Of a stretch of 64,000 nucleotides of DNA, positions 13,301 to 26,472 are shown one piece after another. This DNA comes from Haliotis cracherodii (lineage: Eukaryota). Both the position numbers and the translations under genes were made by a program. Below the pieces are notes generated by a model, which searched no databases, was not told where the DNA came from, and saw only the letters and a list, made by a program, of their open reading frames with translations. Each line of letters begins with the position of its first letter. Position 1 is the stretch's first letter. The stretch is taken from assembly GCF_022045235.1 (NCBI RefSeq), contig NW_027266266.1, positions 5,084,001 through 5,148,000 of the forward strand. Direction: 5' to 3'.

Positions 13301-16300
13301 CAACATAAGTAGTAATAAGTGATATAACTGGAGTTAAAGTGCAATCATCATATTGCAGGCCAGAAGCAGATACTTCATAACATCACTGCTATTTAAATCA
13401 TCACATTGGAGGTCAGTAGTAGATACCATCAGCATCACTGCTATTCAAATCATCATATTGCAGGCCAGTAGCAGATACCAAATTATTATAGCATCACTGC
13501 TATTCAAATCACCATACAGGAGGTCAGGAGTTGATACCAATAGCATCACTGCTATTCAAATCATACTGCAGGTCAGGAGTTGATACTAATAGAATCACTG
13601 CTATTCAAATCATCATACTGCAGGTCAGGAGTTGATACCAATAGCATCACTGCTATTCAAATCATCATATTGCGGGTCAGTAGCATATACCAATAGCATC
13701 ACTGCTATTCAAATCATCATACTGCAGGTCAGGAGTTGATACAAATAGCATCACTGCTATTCAAATCATCACATTGCAGGCCAGTAGCAGATATGCCGTA
13801 ACATCACTACTTTTCAAATCATGTTATCTCGGGCTAATAGGAGATACTTCACTCCATTACTACTATTCAAATCATTATAGTGCAGGCCAGTGGCAGATAC
13901 CTCCTAACATCTCTACTGTTCAAATAATCATATTGGAGGATAGTTGCACATTTTATGCTCGCAGTGCGGGTGTTCACAGGCGTCGCGGGGAACGTTATGC
14001 ACGAAACTGCATAGAGGAAGTGGACAGGTTTGATGGTGTTATTGTGATGATGGGGGAAGATATTCCCTACGCTAGTAGAACAGTCTTGGTGCAAGTTTTG
14101 GGTGAATTTAACGGCACAACGTTTCGGGGATGAGATTCTTCGGCCACACGTCCTTCCGATGATGCGGCAAGCTAACGTCATTTTCGAACAAGACAACATC
14201 CGACCCCACAGGGCAAGACTGACAACAGTTTTGTCCATGCATCACAAGATCCAGGTCCAGCCATGGCTCTCCTTGTCTCCAGATTTTAACCCAATCGAAC
14301 ATTTATGTGACGCACTGGATCAACGACTGCGAGCACGTCAGCAACAACCACAGAACCTCCGACACTTTGCAAAAGCACTGCAGACAGAGTGGGAGAACAT
14401 TCCTCAGGCAACAATTCGGAATCTGATTGTTCCATGGGTACAACTATGCCAGTCAGTTTTATACTCTGATGGTGGCCATACAAGATATTGATTAATAGAC
14501 CTTTACCTTGAACATGCAAAGCTCCATGTTCCATATGGAGCCTAGGTCAGTGACAATGATGTGTGTCAATTTTGAACAGTCGATCACCATTTGTCGATTA
14601 TTTATTTGATGTATTAACTGTACATCTAAATTCACTTTTCCGTTTCTTTTTTTTTGCAGAGTATATAATTCTAACATGTTTGTGAAGGAGGATATCAAAA
14701 GGAGAAGGCTATAAACGAATTTGACAAAATGATGCTAGGTGGTGAAGTGAAGAAGGCTTAAGAAATGGAGCTAAATGTTATGACCATTTTTATCATTGAA
14801 ATGGCTTTTCTGTCGCACTGTGTAATACAAATTATCTTTGTACTCTACCATGACAATAAAGATTTTGCAAGAGAAACATCTGTTTCTGTATTTTAGCCTT
14901 TTCACACAAAACACGTGCGTATGAATACATCGATAGCCTACATATTGATCCATAACAAATGGCTGCAGATCACCGATAAGAACTGCATACCGTATCGATA
15001 ATTTAATCTGTTCAGTCATACTCCCGTTCATTTGGTAATAACCACGTTGTACCAGCAGCCTCTTCCCAGTAAATCTACAGGTTAATGTTGAACAACATCA
15101 TAGATCGGGGTTGTCATCTTGCTTCGTGTGACACATATTGTCAGAGGCACGAATCGAGGCAATCTGTCACCCATACAATGGGCGATGGCATATTCGATTT
15201 CCAAGAAATGACAACAAGTTGCGATGAATTTATATTATAACACATGTCTTTGGGATCAGTTTGGAGGGTAACTTCTTTTTGAAAAACTTTTGTGTTTTGG
15301 ACCCTTATTATGAAGTAGTCGAGAACATGTGCATTGTAATGTTTAACTCATATAATATTTGTTACATTTATAACTACCTATGACCCCTTTTCGGAATGTT
15401 CTAAGACAATCTCATTAAAATCAGATCTTAGTTTTCGCTACGGCTAAACAAAGATCTGAGGACATCCCATTAAGGGTCACGCAAGAACGACCTCGCGAAT
15501 TTTGACCGTTCAATGAAATGACTGACAAGAAATAGACATTAGCCAATCAGAAGGCAGCTTTCTCGAGCTTTACGACACTAGTTTCAAACTGGCGACTACG
15601 CTTCGAAACATATTTTGACGTATTCTCGGTTAAACATTTTAAAACTGATAAAAAAAACACATTCTGGAATGGCTTACAGATGGCCTAGATTGTATGGATA
15701 TAATCATAAAACCCGTAACTGTCGTTCCGAATACCCGCTGTTAAATATTTCGTTGCATAGGTTGCATGATCAGAAAACACATTCCGTCTGTTTCCTTTCA
15801 TGGTAAATTGAGATAAACCTATTGTGTTTTTCAATTTGGCGTTGTCCTCTCACTAGAGAGTAGACAGCGATCGGACTACATCAAACTTCAAAACACAGTA
15901 GGTTCATCTCCTAAATGTCTCTTTCCTGGAAGGTTTCAGTTAAGTGTACAATTAGATCGTGATGATGAAGGATAAATCTCACTTACAAACCACTTACAGT
16001 ATAATCATTACGTACCATTTACTAACAGTCGGGTAGCCTAGTGGTTAAGGCGTTCGCTCGTAACGCCAAAGGCCCGGGTTCGATTCCTGACATGGGTACA
16101 ATGTGTGAAGCCGATTTCTGGTGTCTCCCGCCGTGATATTGCTGGAATATTGCTAAAAGTGGCGTAAAACCTCACTCACTCACTCACTCACTACTGACAG
16201 TCCAAGGGAATCCCTAGATATTACCATTCTTGGTGCACAAATTGGTGCAGACCCTCACTTCAGTGCTGTTCCCCCGGAAGTTGCAGTCCTCAGTACAGTT

Positions 16301-19300
16301 ATTCCCTTTCACCGACGTTTGACAGCAGCGCCATCTTTTCCTGGTTCGCGTTCCACAGCCACAGCCTGTGCTACAGCCTCCCCATGACAACCAGTTGACC
16401 CACGTGCAGTGTCGGGCACAGTCACCAAATGCAGTTGTCTCGCCTGGTAAACATATAAATGCGAAGTTCGTTATGTCAACCTAATATCTTCCATAACAAG
16501 GATAATCCTACTTACACTTGTTGCTGCTCAACCTACCATTGTCCAAGCCCTGGTTATGTTATTTACCCAACAGTGAGTGAGTGAGTGAGTATGTTTTTAC
16601 GCCGCTTTTAGCAATATTCCAGCAATATCACGGCGGGGGACACCAGAAATGGGCTTCACACATTGTACCCATGTCGGGAATCGAACCCGGGTCTTCGGCG
16701 TGACGAGCGAAAGCTTTAACCACTAGGCTACCCGACCGCCCCATTTACCCAACAGAGTGGAAACAAAAGCAGTGTGCGATACACCCATCTTCCTATGAAT
16801 ACAATGTTGTTAAATAATACACACATGGTATCTTTGGGGTTTTTTTTACGCCGCACTCAGCAATATTCCAGCTATATGACGGCGGTCTGTAAATAATCGA
16901 GTCTGGACCAGACAATCCAGTGATTAATATCATGAGCATCGATCCACGCAATTGGGATCGATGACATGATCACCCGATCCCGTTAGTCGCCTTTTACGAC
17001 AAGCATAGTCACCTTTAACGGCAAGCATGGGTTGCTGAAGATCTATTCTACCCCGGAATCTTCACGGGTTGTATCTTTGGGGGATTTGGTTGTTGACTTT
17101 AGTGAGTAACGTATTACAACATTACAACTAACCCATATGTTTTTAACAGAATAAGACCGCCTCCGTGGTCCTGTGGTAGAGCGTCCGCCCGGAGAGCGGA
17201 AGGTCCAGGGTTCGATCCCGGGCCGCGTCATACAAAAAGACGTTAAAAGATAGTACTTGTTGTTACCCTGTCTGGCGCTCGGCATTAAAGGGCTAAAACA
17301 AGGACTGGTCGGCTCGGAGTCAGTATACTGTGTCTGAGTGGGGTATTCATGTTAAACTGCGGCATGGTATCTCAGTGAGCTAGCACTATAAATCGGCATC
17401 AGTCCGGACTAGTACAAGCAGCCACACACACACATACACGTGCATGCACGTCGCTATATAAGTGCAATAATCTTGGACGCGACGTTAAACCCAATTTCAC
17501 CTCACCTTTAACAGAATAGCGTCGCAGATAACTTGCATTCTGGCACCTGTATGGTCAATTGAGGCTTAACTGGCTTGTTTGTTTGTTTATGTATTTGTTT
17601 GTTTGTGTGTTGTTTAAACTGGTGACGTCAGCCGGAAGTCCGTCATGTTTTGTCTTGCCATGAACATGATAAAGCATGGCCACAATACTGACGCTGCATT
17701 CTTGTTTTCTCGCGACTCAGGGTTGGCTGGACCAAAGAACTGGCAAAGTTCTATGCGAACATTTGTGATAAATATAAAATAACTTTTGTCGTTGTAGTAA
17801 TGACGAAATCTAGGCATCTTCGCGGGTCGCATTAATAATGTTAATGACGTTTTGATAAGCCACTTGCTTGGTATTCTGCGATTGTTTACGTAGTATCTCA
17901 ACCTTTCATAGAGGAACAGAATCATGTCTTGAATAAAGACACAGTTTATACCCACAGAAGTATAAAGTCAGTGTTAGCAAAAGTTTAAATACGACCCCTT
18001 TGAGGGCAGTCTTAGTGTATCGGTCAAACTAATTCTTTTGCAGTTGTCTCTGCATAATTAATACACGCGATAAAACAGAATCATGGACCCAATTCAAGTA
18101 AATATTAAACGCCAACACCTGAGATTGTCCGTCGAGACAGATTTCACTTGGACTAAAGGCCATAACAGCGGTGACAAGTTAATCAGTGGATCACTGAAAA
18201 CCAGTGATGACACCAGGTGTTCGCGAAAAATGTAAGCATGTCCTGCCCTACCGGAAGCATCCGCCACTCACGCAATTTGCATAAAAAGGTATGTGTTTGT
18301 TGCCTGACATCAGACTTTTTGTAATGGAATCGTGAACGATTTCTTTTCATGATGCTGTTCACATATTTTTGTATCTGTGTTCTGCGTGAACTTCTGCGAA
18401 ACTTCAGTTAGAACTGTTCACATGTGCAATCTTCAAATGGAATGTAAAACATTATCATGATTGGATCATATTTTGGACATTCAAGACTAACTCGGGGGCA
18501 CGGGTGGCCCAGTCGTCTGAGGTGCCGCGATTCGCTGTGCAGGGTAGAGTCCCTTGGGCACGCCAGGAATCTATGATTTTGGGTTCGAATCCCGGTTCGC
18601 CCCGATTATATTTCTAAGTTTGTCAGCACCATACCCGTGCTCGTGGGTTTCACCGAAGTGGTACACTTCTGAGACCTGCATCACTTCTGGCTTTCCTCCC
18701 ACATTAAGCTGACACGCCGCGGTAGAAATGGAATACTATTAAAAGCGGCGTTAACCTCAACTCACTCACTCACTCACTCAAGACTAGCTCAATATTCTAA
18801 CATTATGGTATGAGTGAGTTGGGTCTGACGCTGTATGGGATAGGATGAGTATGGCCCACGATCTTGGATATGAAACCGGAATTTGAACCATGCACGATAT
18901 GAGGTTTCCTCTGCACAAGGAAATGCGGAGACTCAGACGACTGGGACAATCATTCCTCGCCACATTCACATGAAGAAATTAATGACATATCATTGACATA
19001 ACAATGATATAAAATTGACATTTTATCCCATACCAGCACGCGAATGAGATGTTTGGCAAACCCAGTGACAAAACAAATATTAATACAATACACATGCCTC
19101 GTTCACAACAAACTCCATATCTGAGAGGAGGACAGTGACAGTAGCCATCGATGAAGCTTCCACCATTAGGGCAGTGTGTCTCACAATATTCCGTCTCCAC
19201 GGACGCGTTTGGTCGGTGACATTTACCGATACAGTCTGGAATATGAACTCCACAACACATCTTTCGTGTTCTGGTTCTCAGCCCAGCACATGTTCTGGTA

Positions 19301-19413
19301 CAGGAGCTCCACAAACCCCAGGACTCCCACTCACAGGCCTGAAGACCGGGTTCACACACACAGTCCACCACCAGGGGCAGCACCACGGCGACGTACACCC
19401 TCAGGCGAGTCAT
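10309..19413 (-). CDS. Type-I transmembrane protein, 432 aa: signal peptide, TSP1-EGF-TSP1-TSP1-EGF-TSP1, TM, cytoplasmic tail with two YxxL motifs. Exons: 19413-19098, 16443-16225, 12365-12093, 11830-11624, 10943-10871, 10519-10309
   Basis: Six exons join in frame (316+219+273+207+73+211=1299 nt; intron phases 1,1,1,1,2) with pyrimidine-AG acceptors and GT donors (first donor probably GC). Hydrophobic N-terminus MTRLRVYVAVVLPLVVDC. Four WxxWxxWxxC...RxR motifs: WESWGLWSSC, WVNWLSWGGC, WNAWQPWSSC, WAMWEPWGLC. EGF-like CPNGGSFIDGYCHCPPLRYGVCC. TM FMYTIIASVASIVLTSLVWIVC. Tail contains NYTRL and VYETL. Acceptor at 19460 implies an upstream non-coding exon that I did not locate. Confidence 0.85.
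13340..13945. repeat. Minisatellite, ~52-bp unit, about 11 copies
   Basis: AAATCATCATACTGCAGGTCAGGAGTTGATACCAATAGCATCACTGCTATTC repeated; runs directly into the Tc1 fragment. Confidence 0.9.
13950..14670 (+). mobile_element. 5'-truncated Tc1-family transposon in an intron of the TSP1 gene
   Basis: RRRGERYARNCIEEVDRF, QDNIRPH, SPDFNPIEHLCD, GGHTRY-stop at 14491; 3' boundary approximate. Confidence 0.88.
16027..16190 (+). mobile_element. SINE family B copy
   Basis: Near-identical to 28836-29001. Confidence 0.9.
16574..16742 (-). mobile_element. SINE family B copy with target duplication
   Basis: Reverse complement of family B; 13-bp duplication ATTTACCCAACAG at 16561-16573 and 16743-16755. 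Confidence 0.92.
17155..17506 (+). mobile_element. tRNA-derived SINE family D (Meta-domain-like centre). Other copies: 57759-58042(+), 26720-26940(-)
   Basis: A/B boxes GTGGTCCTGTGGTAGAG and GGTTCGATCCC; central TACTTGTTGTTACCCTGTCTGGCGCTCGGCATTAAAGGG; 12-bp duplication TTTAACAGAATA. Confidence 0.85.
18494..18780 (+). mobile_element. tRNA-derived SINE family C (Leu-like head, V-SINE-like centre). Other copies: 11171-11449(-), 23650-23918(+), 39329-39605(+); fragments 1975-2070, 21196-21305, 58745-58880
   Basis: GTGGCCCAGTCGTCTGAGG A box, GGTTCGAATCC B box, GTGGGTTTC...GGCTTTCCTCCC resembling the V domain, (ACTC)n tail, duplication TCAAGACTA(A/G)CTC. Confidence 0.88.
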
Positions 19414-22241
19414 GTCAGCAGTGTGACTGAACCCAGTATCCTGTGATGGCAACACTTTCCTGAAAAATAGGAAAACAGTGTTATCTCATTGTTTATTCAA
19501 ATGCGATTGCCGTCGCTGCATGACTGATGCGTGATGTTTGTGTTTATGGCCTTCTGCAGATAAAATGAGTATAATTGAATAATTGGTTAAACAAAACTAT
19601 TTAAAAACTCTGTTTGATCATACTTTTTATAATATCGCAATCAGATATTACATTTTATTCTCAAAGGTAAAAGAGTGTGAGTGAGTTAATATTTTAAGTC
19701 ACGTCAGCAATATTTCAGCCATTTGGTGACTAGACAAGATAATGCGTTTGATGTTATAAGGCGTACCGTCAAAGGAAGTAAAACAAGAAAACAGCGTTAT
19801 CATTAACCCGACGTAAAGAGAACAAAATTTCGTTCTAATTCGTCCCTCAAACGAAGTTCAGCTGTTTCTGAGAAAACTTGCCCCTATTGCAAAATAACAT
19901 GGATCGAAGGCCGTAACTCAGTAAACAATTAATTGACGGGACCAATTTTGGAACTCAGTCTTGACAAGTATCTCTTGATAAAACACAAGTTCAAAATCAC
20001 GGAGCAAGGGCAATAACCCTGTACAAATTTAATTTACGACTGCTGTCAAGTTTGGCCGATAATTAAGACATACAAAATTATATTGCGATTAAAAACGTGG
20101 TAGCCATAAAAATACTGGCAATGATGTATAGGATAAAGCACGCCTCCGAGGTTTGGGTTGAAAATATTTAAAAAAACGCCAGTGAGGGAAAGCTTTCCCC
20201 GAGGTCAAGGTTTTACTTTTCCAACCAAAACCGAGGAGGCGTGTTTTATCCAACTTATGAACCGACTAAATGCAAGAAAAACACAGAAAAAAAGAAAACA
20301 TCGAAATACCTTACAGTGAAACAATACAGTGTATCGCAGTATAAAAGGAATTTGATCAAAGCGTGCTAGAGAAAAACCACGTGCAGCATGGACTAGCTGG
20401 AGTCATGACATGATGAACTTGACAACTTCTGATCACCTGCCCTGGTAGCTCAGTGGTAAACAGCGGTTACAAAACTTAACACGATATGAGTTTTCAGGTT
20501 TGATTCAAGTCATGGAATTTTTCACATTTAACAACTTTGGCTTTTAACCAATCATCAATCACAATTGTGTTCACATCAAGAATAAAGTTAACAAAACGTT
20601 AATTTGAAACCTAGGTATTTCAATTGAAATGTATTCATCAGGTCACGTGAATTACTCCGGAACGCTTTTTTGCATTGTTGGTATTGCCTTCCTTGTAAGG
20701 TTATCAACATTTAGAAGAACTTTCTGTTACTGTTGTGTGACGTCATCAGAGGTTTATAAGTGGTCTTATGTGCCCTCTCGGGGTCAATGGTTTTACGATA
20801 TATATTCTTCAACCCCTATCGAGGAATCGGCCTCTTTAACCTTAGTTACTGATTTCTTCGTCCAAATTAAAACGCATTCAATTTATACAAAACAATATTA
20901 AAATTTGTGAATAAATTCAAGTTTTTAAAAAAAATAATAAACAATTAAAAGAATGTTTGTATTTCTAAAAAGATCCATCAATGAAGATGCTTTGAAAACA
21001 TTATCACTTGTGTTGGCAAAATCAACAGTCAAGCAGGACATTTTTGACCGTGATTCGTTCATCACAAGGGATACAAAATTGAGGATAATAACCTTTCAAT
21101 AAATAATCATGTAAAATCGTCCTCTTTACATCTGGACTGGACCCAGGAAGAGCCTGGATAGAATAGCTCTTCACCAACCCATGCTTGCCGTAAAAGTGAG
21201 TGAGTGAGTTGGGCTTAACGCCGCTTTTAACAATATTCCAGTTATATCGCGGCGTGTCAGCTTAATGTGGGAGGAAAGCCCGAAGTGATGCAGGTCTCCG
21301 ACGTTAGCCACTTAGCTGGAATATTGCTGAGTGCGGCGTTAAACAACAAAACAACCAACCAACATCTGGACTGACAGCCTAAGTAGGAGTAACAAGGTAA
21401 AAGACGATGAATATTTTGCACTTTTCAATAAATTCCACTCAACCGGATGTCGCGTTTTCTGCAATGAAATAAAGAATATTCGGTAGAAACTGCTTTAAAT
21501 GTTCTCTAAAAGAAGGCAGATATCCAATCCCATACCATTGCAAGTCCAAGAAGTCTTTGGAAGTGCAGGGTTAAGATAAAGCGATACGGCCCTTTCCTTC
21601 TCTGCCAAAATCTCTACCAGGTGTTCGCGAAAAGGTGAGCGTATCTTGCCCCACCGATGACACCCGTCACAAACACATGCAAAGGCAAATTAATTGTTCA
21701 CCTGGAAAAACACGGGAACATATGGCACAAGTCAATCACGCCAAGTGAAAATGATAGATGACGTGCCATGGGAACGATCGCAACCTGACGTCGCACTTCA
21801 AAGAAACGTCCACGGGAACACTATATGACACTTATGGCAACAGAATACCCACGTCAGAGACCGTTCCCAGGTAGTGGCCACCAACCCCTGATAATCCCTC
21901 GCCAAGACATATGGATTCGAAATATTGTAAAATATTAGTATGAAGATTATCATGCACGTTCTAATGGCTGACATTTAGCCAAAATCTTAAAATCTAAATT
22001 TGAGCAAGAGCAATTGTTGGCGACGTCATAAATACAACTTGCTTTTCGCTGTTCTGTAACCAGGACATATACTCTTTCAATAAAGAAACGCAAAGCCAGA
22101 TTTGTGTGAGGTAGGAAAATGCATCTTTACGAGGAACCGTACAAAGTATTGAGCCAAAATGTTGTGGAGAGAACACTTGGTGATTGTAGTCATCTCAGTT
22201 ATGGGAACATAGGAAAAGTCCAGGGTGAAGGCCAGCTACCA

Positions 22242-23216
22242 TCAATAACGCTTATGTTCCCCGTTGGGATCGATAGCGCCCTGACGTCTCCTGGAAGAGA
22301 CGTGTATGAGAATCACATCCTGGTGATGGTAGCCCACTCGGCCTGCGACGCAAAAGCCAACTGCTGCAACGTCTGGTTCTATCCAATTCATCCCACAGGT
22401 GCTCTGTTGGGTTCAAATCCGGGGATCTGGAGGGCCAGGGGAGAACATCAACGTTGTTGTTGTGTAGACAGTCTCCTGTGCTCCGTGCTGTATGAGGTCG
22501 GGCGGTGTCCTTCTGGAATACAAGGTTGCCGTGGCTGCAATTGGAAGGACGTGTGGTAGGAGACTTTTTCGTTGCTGTGTCGTTGAGTCGTAAGATTACC
22601 CTAGATATGGATTAAACCTGTCCCGCCATGATGAGAGATATCCGCTTACATCATAACGCTACCTCTTCAAAACCTGTCCACTTCCTGTATGCAGTTTCCG
22701 GCGTAACGTTCTCCCTGAAGTCTGTAGACCCGTGCTCTTCCATCCCCTCGACGGAGGAGAAATCGTGTATCGTCCCTGAACCAGACATCTCTCCATCGAA
22801 GTTGAGGCCATACCCTCTGTTGACGACATCAATGCAGTCGTTGTTGACGATATTGTCGATTCAATATGACGCATCGAACAGGACGTCTCGCTCGTAGACC
22901 TGCTGCTCCATACGGTTTCTTACGGACTGCTCGGATATTTTGCGCAGTCCGGGTATTTGGAATGTGGTTGAAGTGGTTGTGGTCTTTCTTCACGTAGGTG
23001 GCGCAGTCGGATGTAGCGATCCTGGACGGGGGTGGTTACTCTTGGTCCTCCCGACCTTGGCCGATCACGTGTTAACCCATGCTTTTAAAACCGATCCCAT
23101 AGCCTTGTGATGGTGCTGGGCGTTATATTGAAAACCATGGCTACAGCTGATCGTGTTTCCCCTGCCTGCAAGCGGCCTATGGCGTTGTTTCGTTGCACTT
23201 TTGTTAATCTTGGCAT
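22242..23216 (-). mobile_element. Tc1-family transposase pseudogene
   Basis: Starts MPRLTKVQRNNAIGRLQAG at 23216; remnants of RYAGNCIQEVDRF, QGHRPTS, PDLNPTEHLWD; ends GEHKRY-stop; many frameshifts. Confidence 0.85.
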
Positions 23217-24804
23217 GTTGTTGAACTGTCACTGTTCGATCGACGCCGATGCAAGGCAATAAAAAAACCCTGCACTTTAATACCGTTCATAGTGAGCTGC
23301 ACGTGCAGTACGTGCAGCTCCAAGGCCCTTTTGTTAATACACTGGGTGCGGTATTTTACGTGGGTCGTTAACGTTGTTCATACTTTCAACCATGGGCTTC
23401 TAGAGCCAACCTCAAGAGTTTACATGCGTGTCTTTATCTAATTTGCACTCAAATCAGAGTAAGGGTTAGCAGCAGTAAATATATGTCAGATTATGCATAA
23501 TTCAACACGTGCTTTTACTGCATTCTGATAACTTCTTTCAGTGGCATTCTAATAGTTTATCTAAAAATGACGTTCATAGACAGAGAAAGAATCAAAGCTG
23601 GCTACGCTAATGATACCAATACCAAAGCAAGCTTCATTATTGATATTTTGATGGCCCAGTCGTCTAAGGCGCCGCGATTCGCTGTGCAGAGTTGCCCTCC
23701 GTTGGGCACGCCAGAAACCTGTGATTGTGGGTTCGAATCTCGGTTCGCCCCGATTATGTTTCTAGTTTTGTCAGCATACCCGTGCTAATGGGTTTCACCG
23801 AAGTGGTAAACGTCTGACACCTGCATCACTTCGGGCTTTCCTCCCACATTAAGCTGACACGCTGCGATATAACTGGAATATTGTTAAAAGTGGCATTAAA
23901 TCCAACTCACTCACTCACTTCATTATGTTTCGAATGCTCATAGCAACACCAAAAAAACACAGGCATTTTCTTTATGCGCCATTACGAGTTCTTTATGCTA
24001 TTTTACAAACAAGTGCTTAAATAATATTTTCTAAAGAAAAAAAATCGTGAAAGAACTGTTTGCTCTTTTTTTCCAGTTTGAGCTAGAATTCATCCGTTCA
24101 TCAATCCACCTGTACGTCCGTCCGTTAGCAATGAACAGCAGCTTATTCTATTCCATCACTGCAGTGCACATATCACTCTTTAACAACATACTGCATATGT
24201 CCCTTAGAACAAGAAGGGATCTAAAAGTGATCGATAACAGAGCAAAGTTGCAGATGACACAGATGAATAACACATTGTTCACACCGTCCATGTCTGCTTT
24301 GAAACTATTTCTTGTTTTGAGACATTCCAAGAATGTGTACTATAAGACCGTATCTTTAATACAGTATTGGTGGAGGGATAGCCAAGTGGTTAAAGCTTCA
24401 CGCCGAAGGCCTGTGTTCGATTCCCCACACAGGTACCATGTGTCAAGCCAGTTTCCAATGCTGTTATTTTACCAGGGTATTGCTAAAATCTGCAATATGG
24501 TTTTCAATATAATGACTTGCTTCATCATTAAGTATTGGATGTCTTATAATCCCTATTGGTGTTGTACTTAACAGTCGCATCACATTGCTTCATACCAGAA
24601 ACATACATCTCGTGTCATTATCGACTAGCTATATGCTTCGAAGCTGGATCATGAAGTTCGGAACAGCGAGGATCTGTTGTAACCAAACCTCTCGTTGATA
24701 TTGATATAGCATGAAAACAAACAAACCCTCATCCTACGTCTCCAAAACCTCTTCATCCTTTCTGAGTCTTCTGTCCAACCCTTCCCTCCTCACCTGGCAC
24801 CACT

Positions 24805-25258
24805 ATGACACCAATAAGACACCAATCAGAAATAAATAAGACACCACTAAGACACCAATAAGACACCAATAAGAGACCAATCAAAAATAAATATGACACC
24901 AATAAGACACCAATAAGACACCAATCAGAAATAAATAAGACACCACTAAGACACCACTGAGACACCAATAAGAGACAAATCAGAAATAAATAAGACACCA
25001 CTAAGACACCACTGAGACACCAATCAGAAATAAATAAGACACCACTAAGACACCACTGAGACACCAATAAGAAACCGATCAGAAATAAATAAGACACCAC
25101 TAAGACACCAATAAGATACCAATAAGAAATAAATAAGACACCACTAAGACACCTATAAGACGCCGATACGACACCAATAAGACACCAATAGAACGCCAAT
25201 AAGACACCAAAAGGAAATAAATAATACCCGCTAATACACCAATAAGACACCAATAAGA
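24805..25258. repeat. Minisatellite, 11-12-bp AAGACACCAAT-type unit
   Basis: Direct reading of tandem units. Confidence 0.9.
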
Positions 25259-26472
25259 AGCATAGGTTTGTCAAAGCCAGCTAAATAGTGAATGCAGCAT
25301 TGGTTTATTTATTAGAATATGTAAATTTTACATATTTATGAATCTGATACATTTGTCGCAAGGATTGACCTTTCGTGTAAAACTGTGGTCGTCTGGTTGA
25401 AGGATACAGTTATTCCTGAGCGGTGATGCAGTTTCTTGAATGTGATTACTTTAATACACCACTTAGACGTTTTATCACGGAACTGTAATGCTCGCCAGCA
25501 ATAAGCCACGCCATTTATGAAGTATGAATACAGGTTATCAATACTATTTCTATACTGCTGTAACTTCCCTGTCACTGGAAATATGGACCGGAATATAAAC
25601 AATGCCTTTTATTCGTAAATGTCAATTGTTTAAATCCTCTCCTTTATACGCATCGTGTAACGTTCACTGTAACACGTTGCTGAATAGCCTTGTTAGTACC
25701 GAGATGTTCTTTTCATCATATATTGTGTTTTTATTTCCTTCTTTAAATTTAGTAGCTTATGAGTGTTTCATGGTTTCATGTTTTTTCGTTTTGACAATGT
25801 CTGTCAGATTCATCACACATGCATTGAATCCCCATACATCCACGAAGACCCCTTCTAAACAGTGCATGCTCTGAGACGATAATTTGGTTGTACATTTGTT
25901 GCATATACCATAATAAAACAGTGAGTACCCGTGAAGATCTGGGTTAGAATTGGTGTTCAACTTGTCGAAAGGAGCGACTACAGGCTCCCTGACTTGGTTG
26001 ATACAGGTCATTGTATGCCAGTTGCATAGATCGATGCTCATGATGTCAATCACTGGAATTACAGACCGCCATCATATAAATTGAATAATACTGAGTGCGA
26101 CGTTAACCAAGCAACCTACTAATGTATATATATAACAATAATCGGGTGACCGGACTCGGATTATGAAAATGCACACATAGGTCCACACAGTTACAGGAAG
26201 TGGGGTGAAATGGCGTTTAACGTTGCATTTATGATTATTTCACTTATTTAGCGATGTTTTCCTGTGTTTATGTTGTTTAACGCCACAATCAGCAATCTTA
26301 ATCTTGCAGCTATATGACGGTCGTCTGAAAATAATCGAGTCTGGACCAAACAATCCAGTTATTGGCACCATGAGCATCGACCCATGCAATTGGATACGAT
26401 GACATGCATCAACTAAGTCAGCGAGCCCGACCAACCGATCCCGTTAGTCGCCTCTTTCGACAAGCATGGGTC

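Noticed and set aside
24753-25274. 173-aa hydrophobic ORF (also 30090-30434, 43225-43479, 50353-50589)
   Set aside because: Translations of minisatellites.
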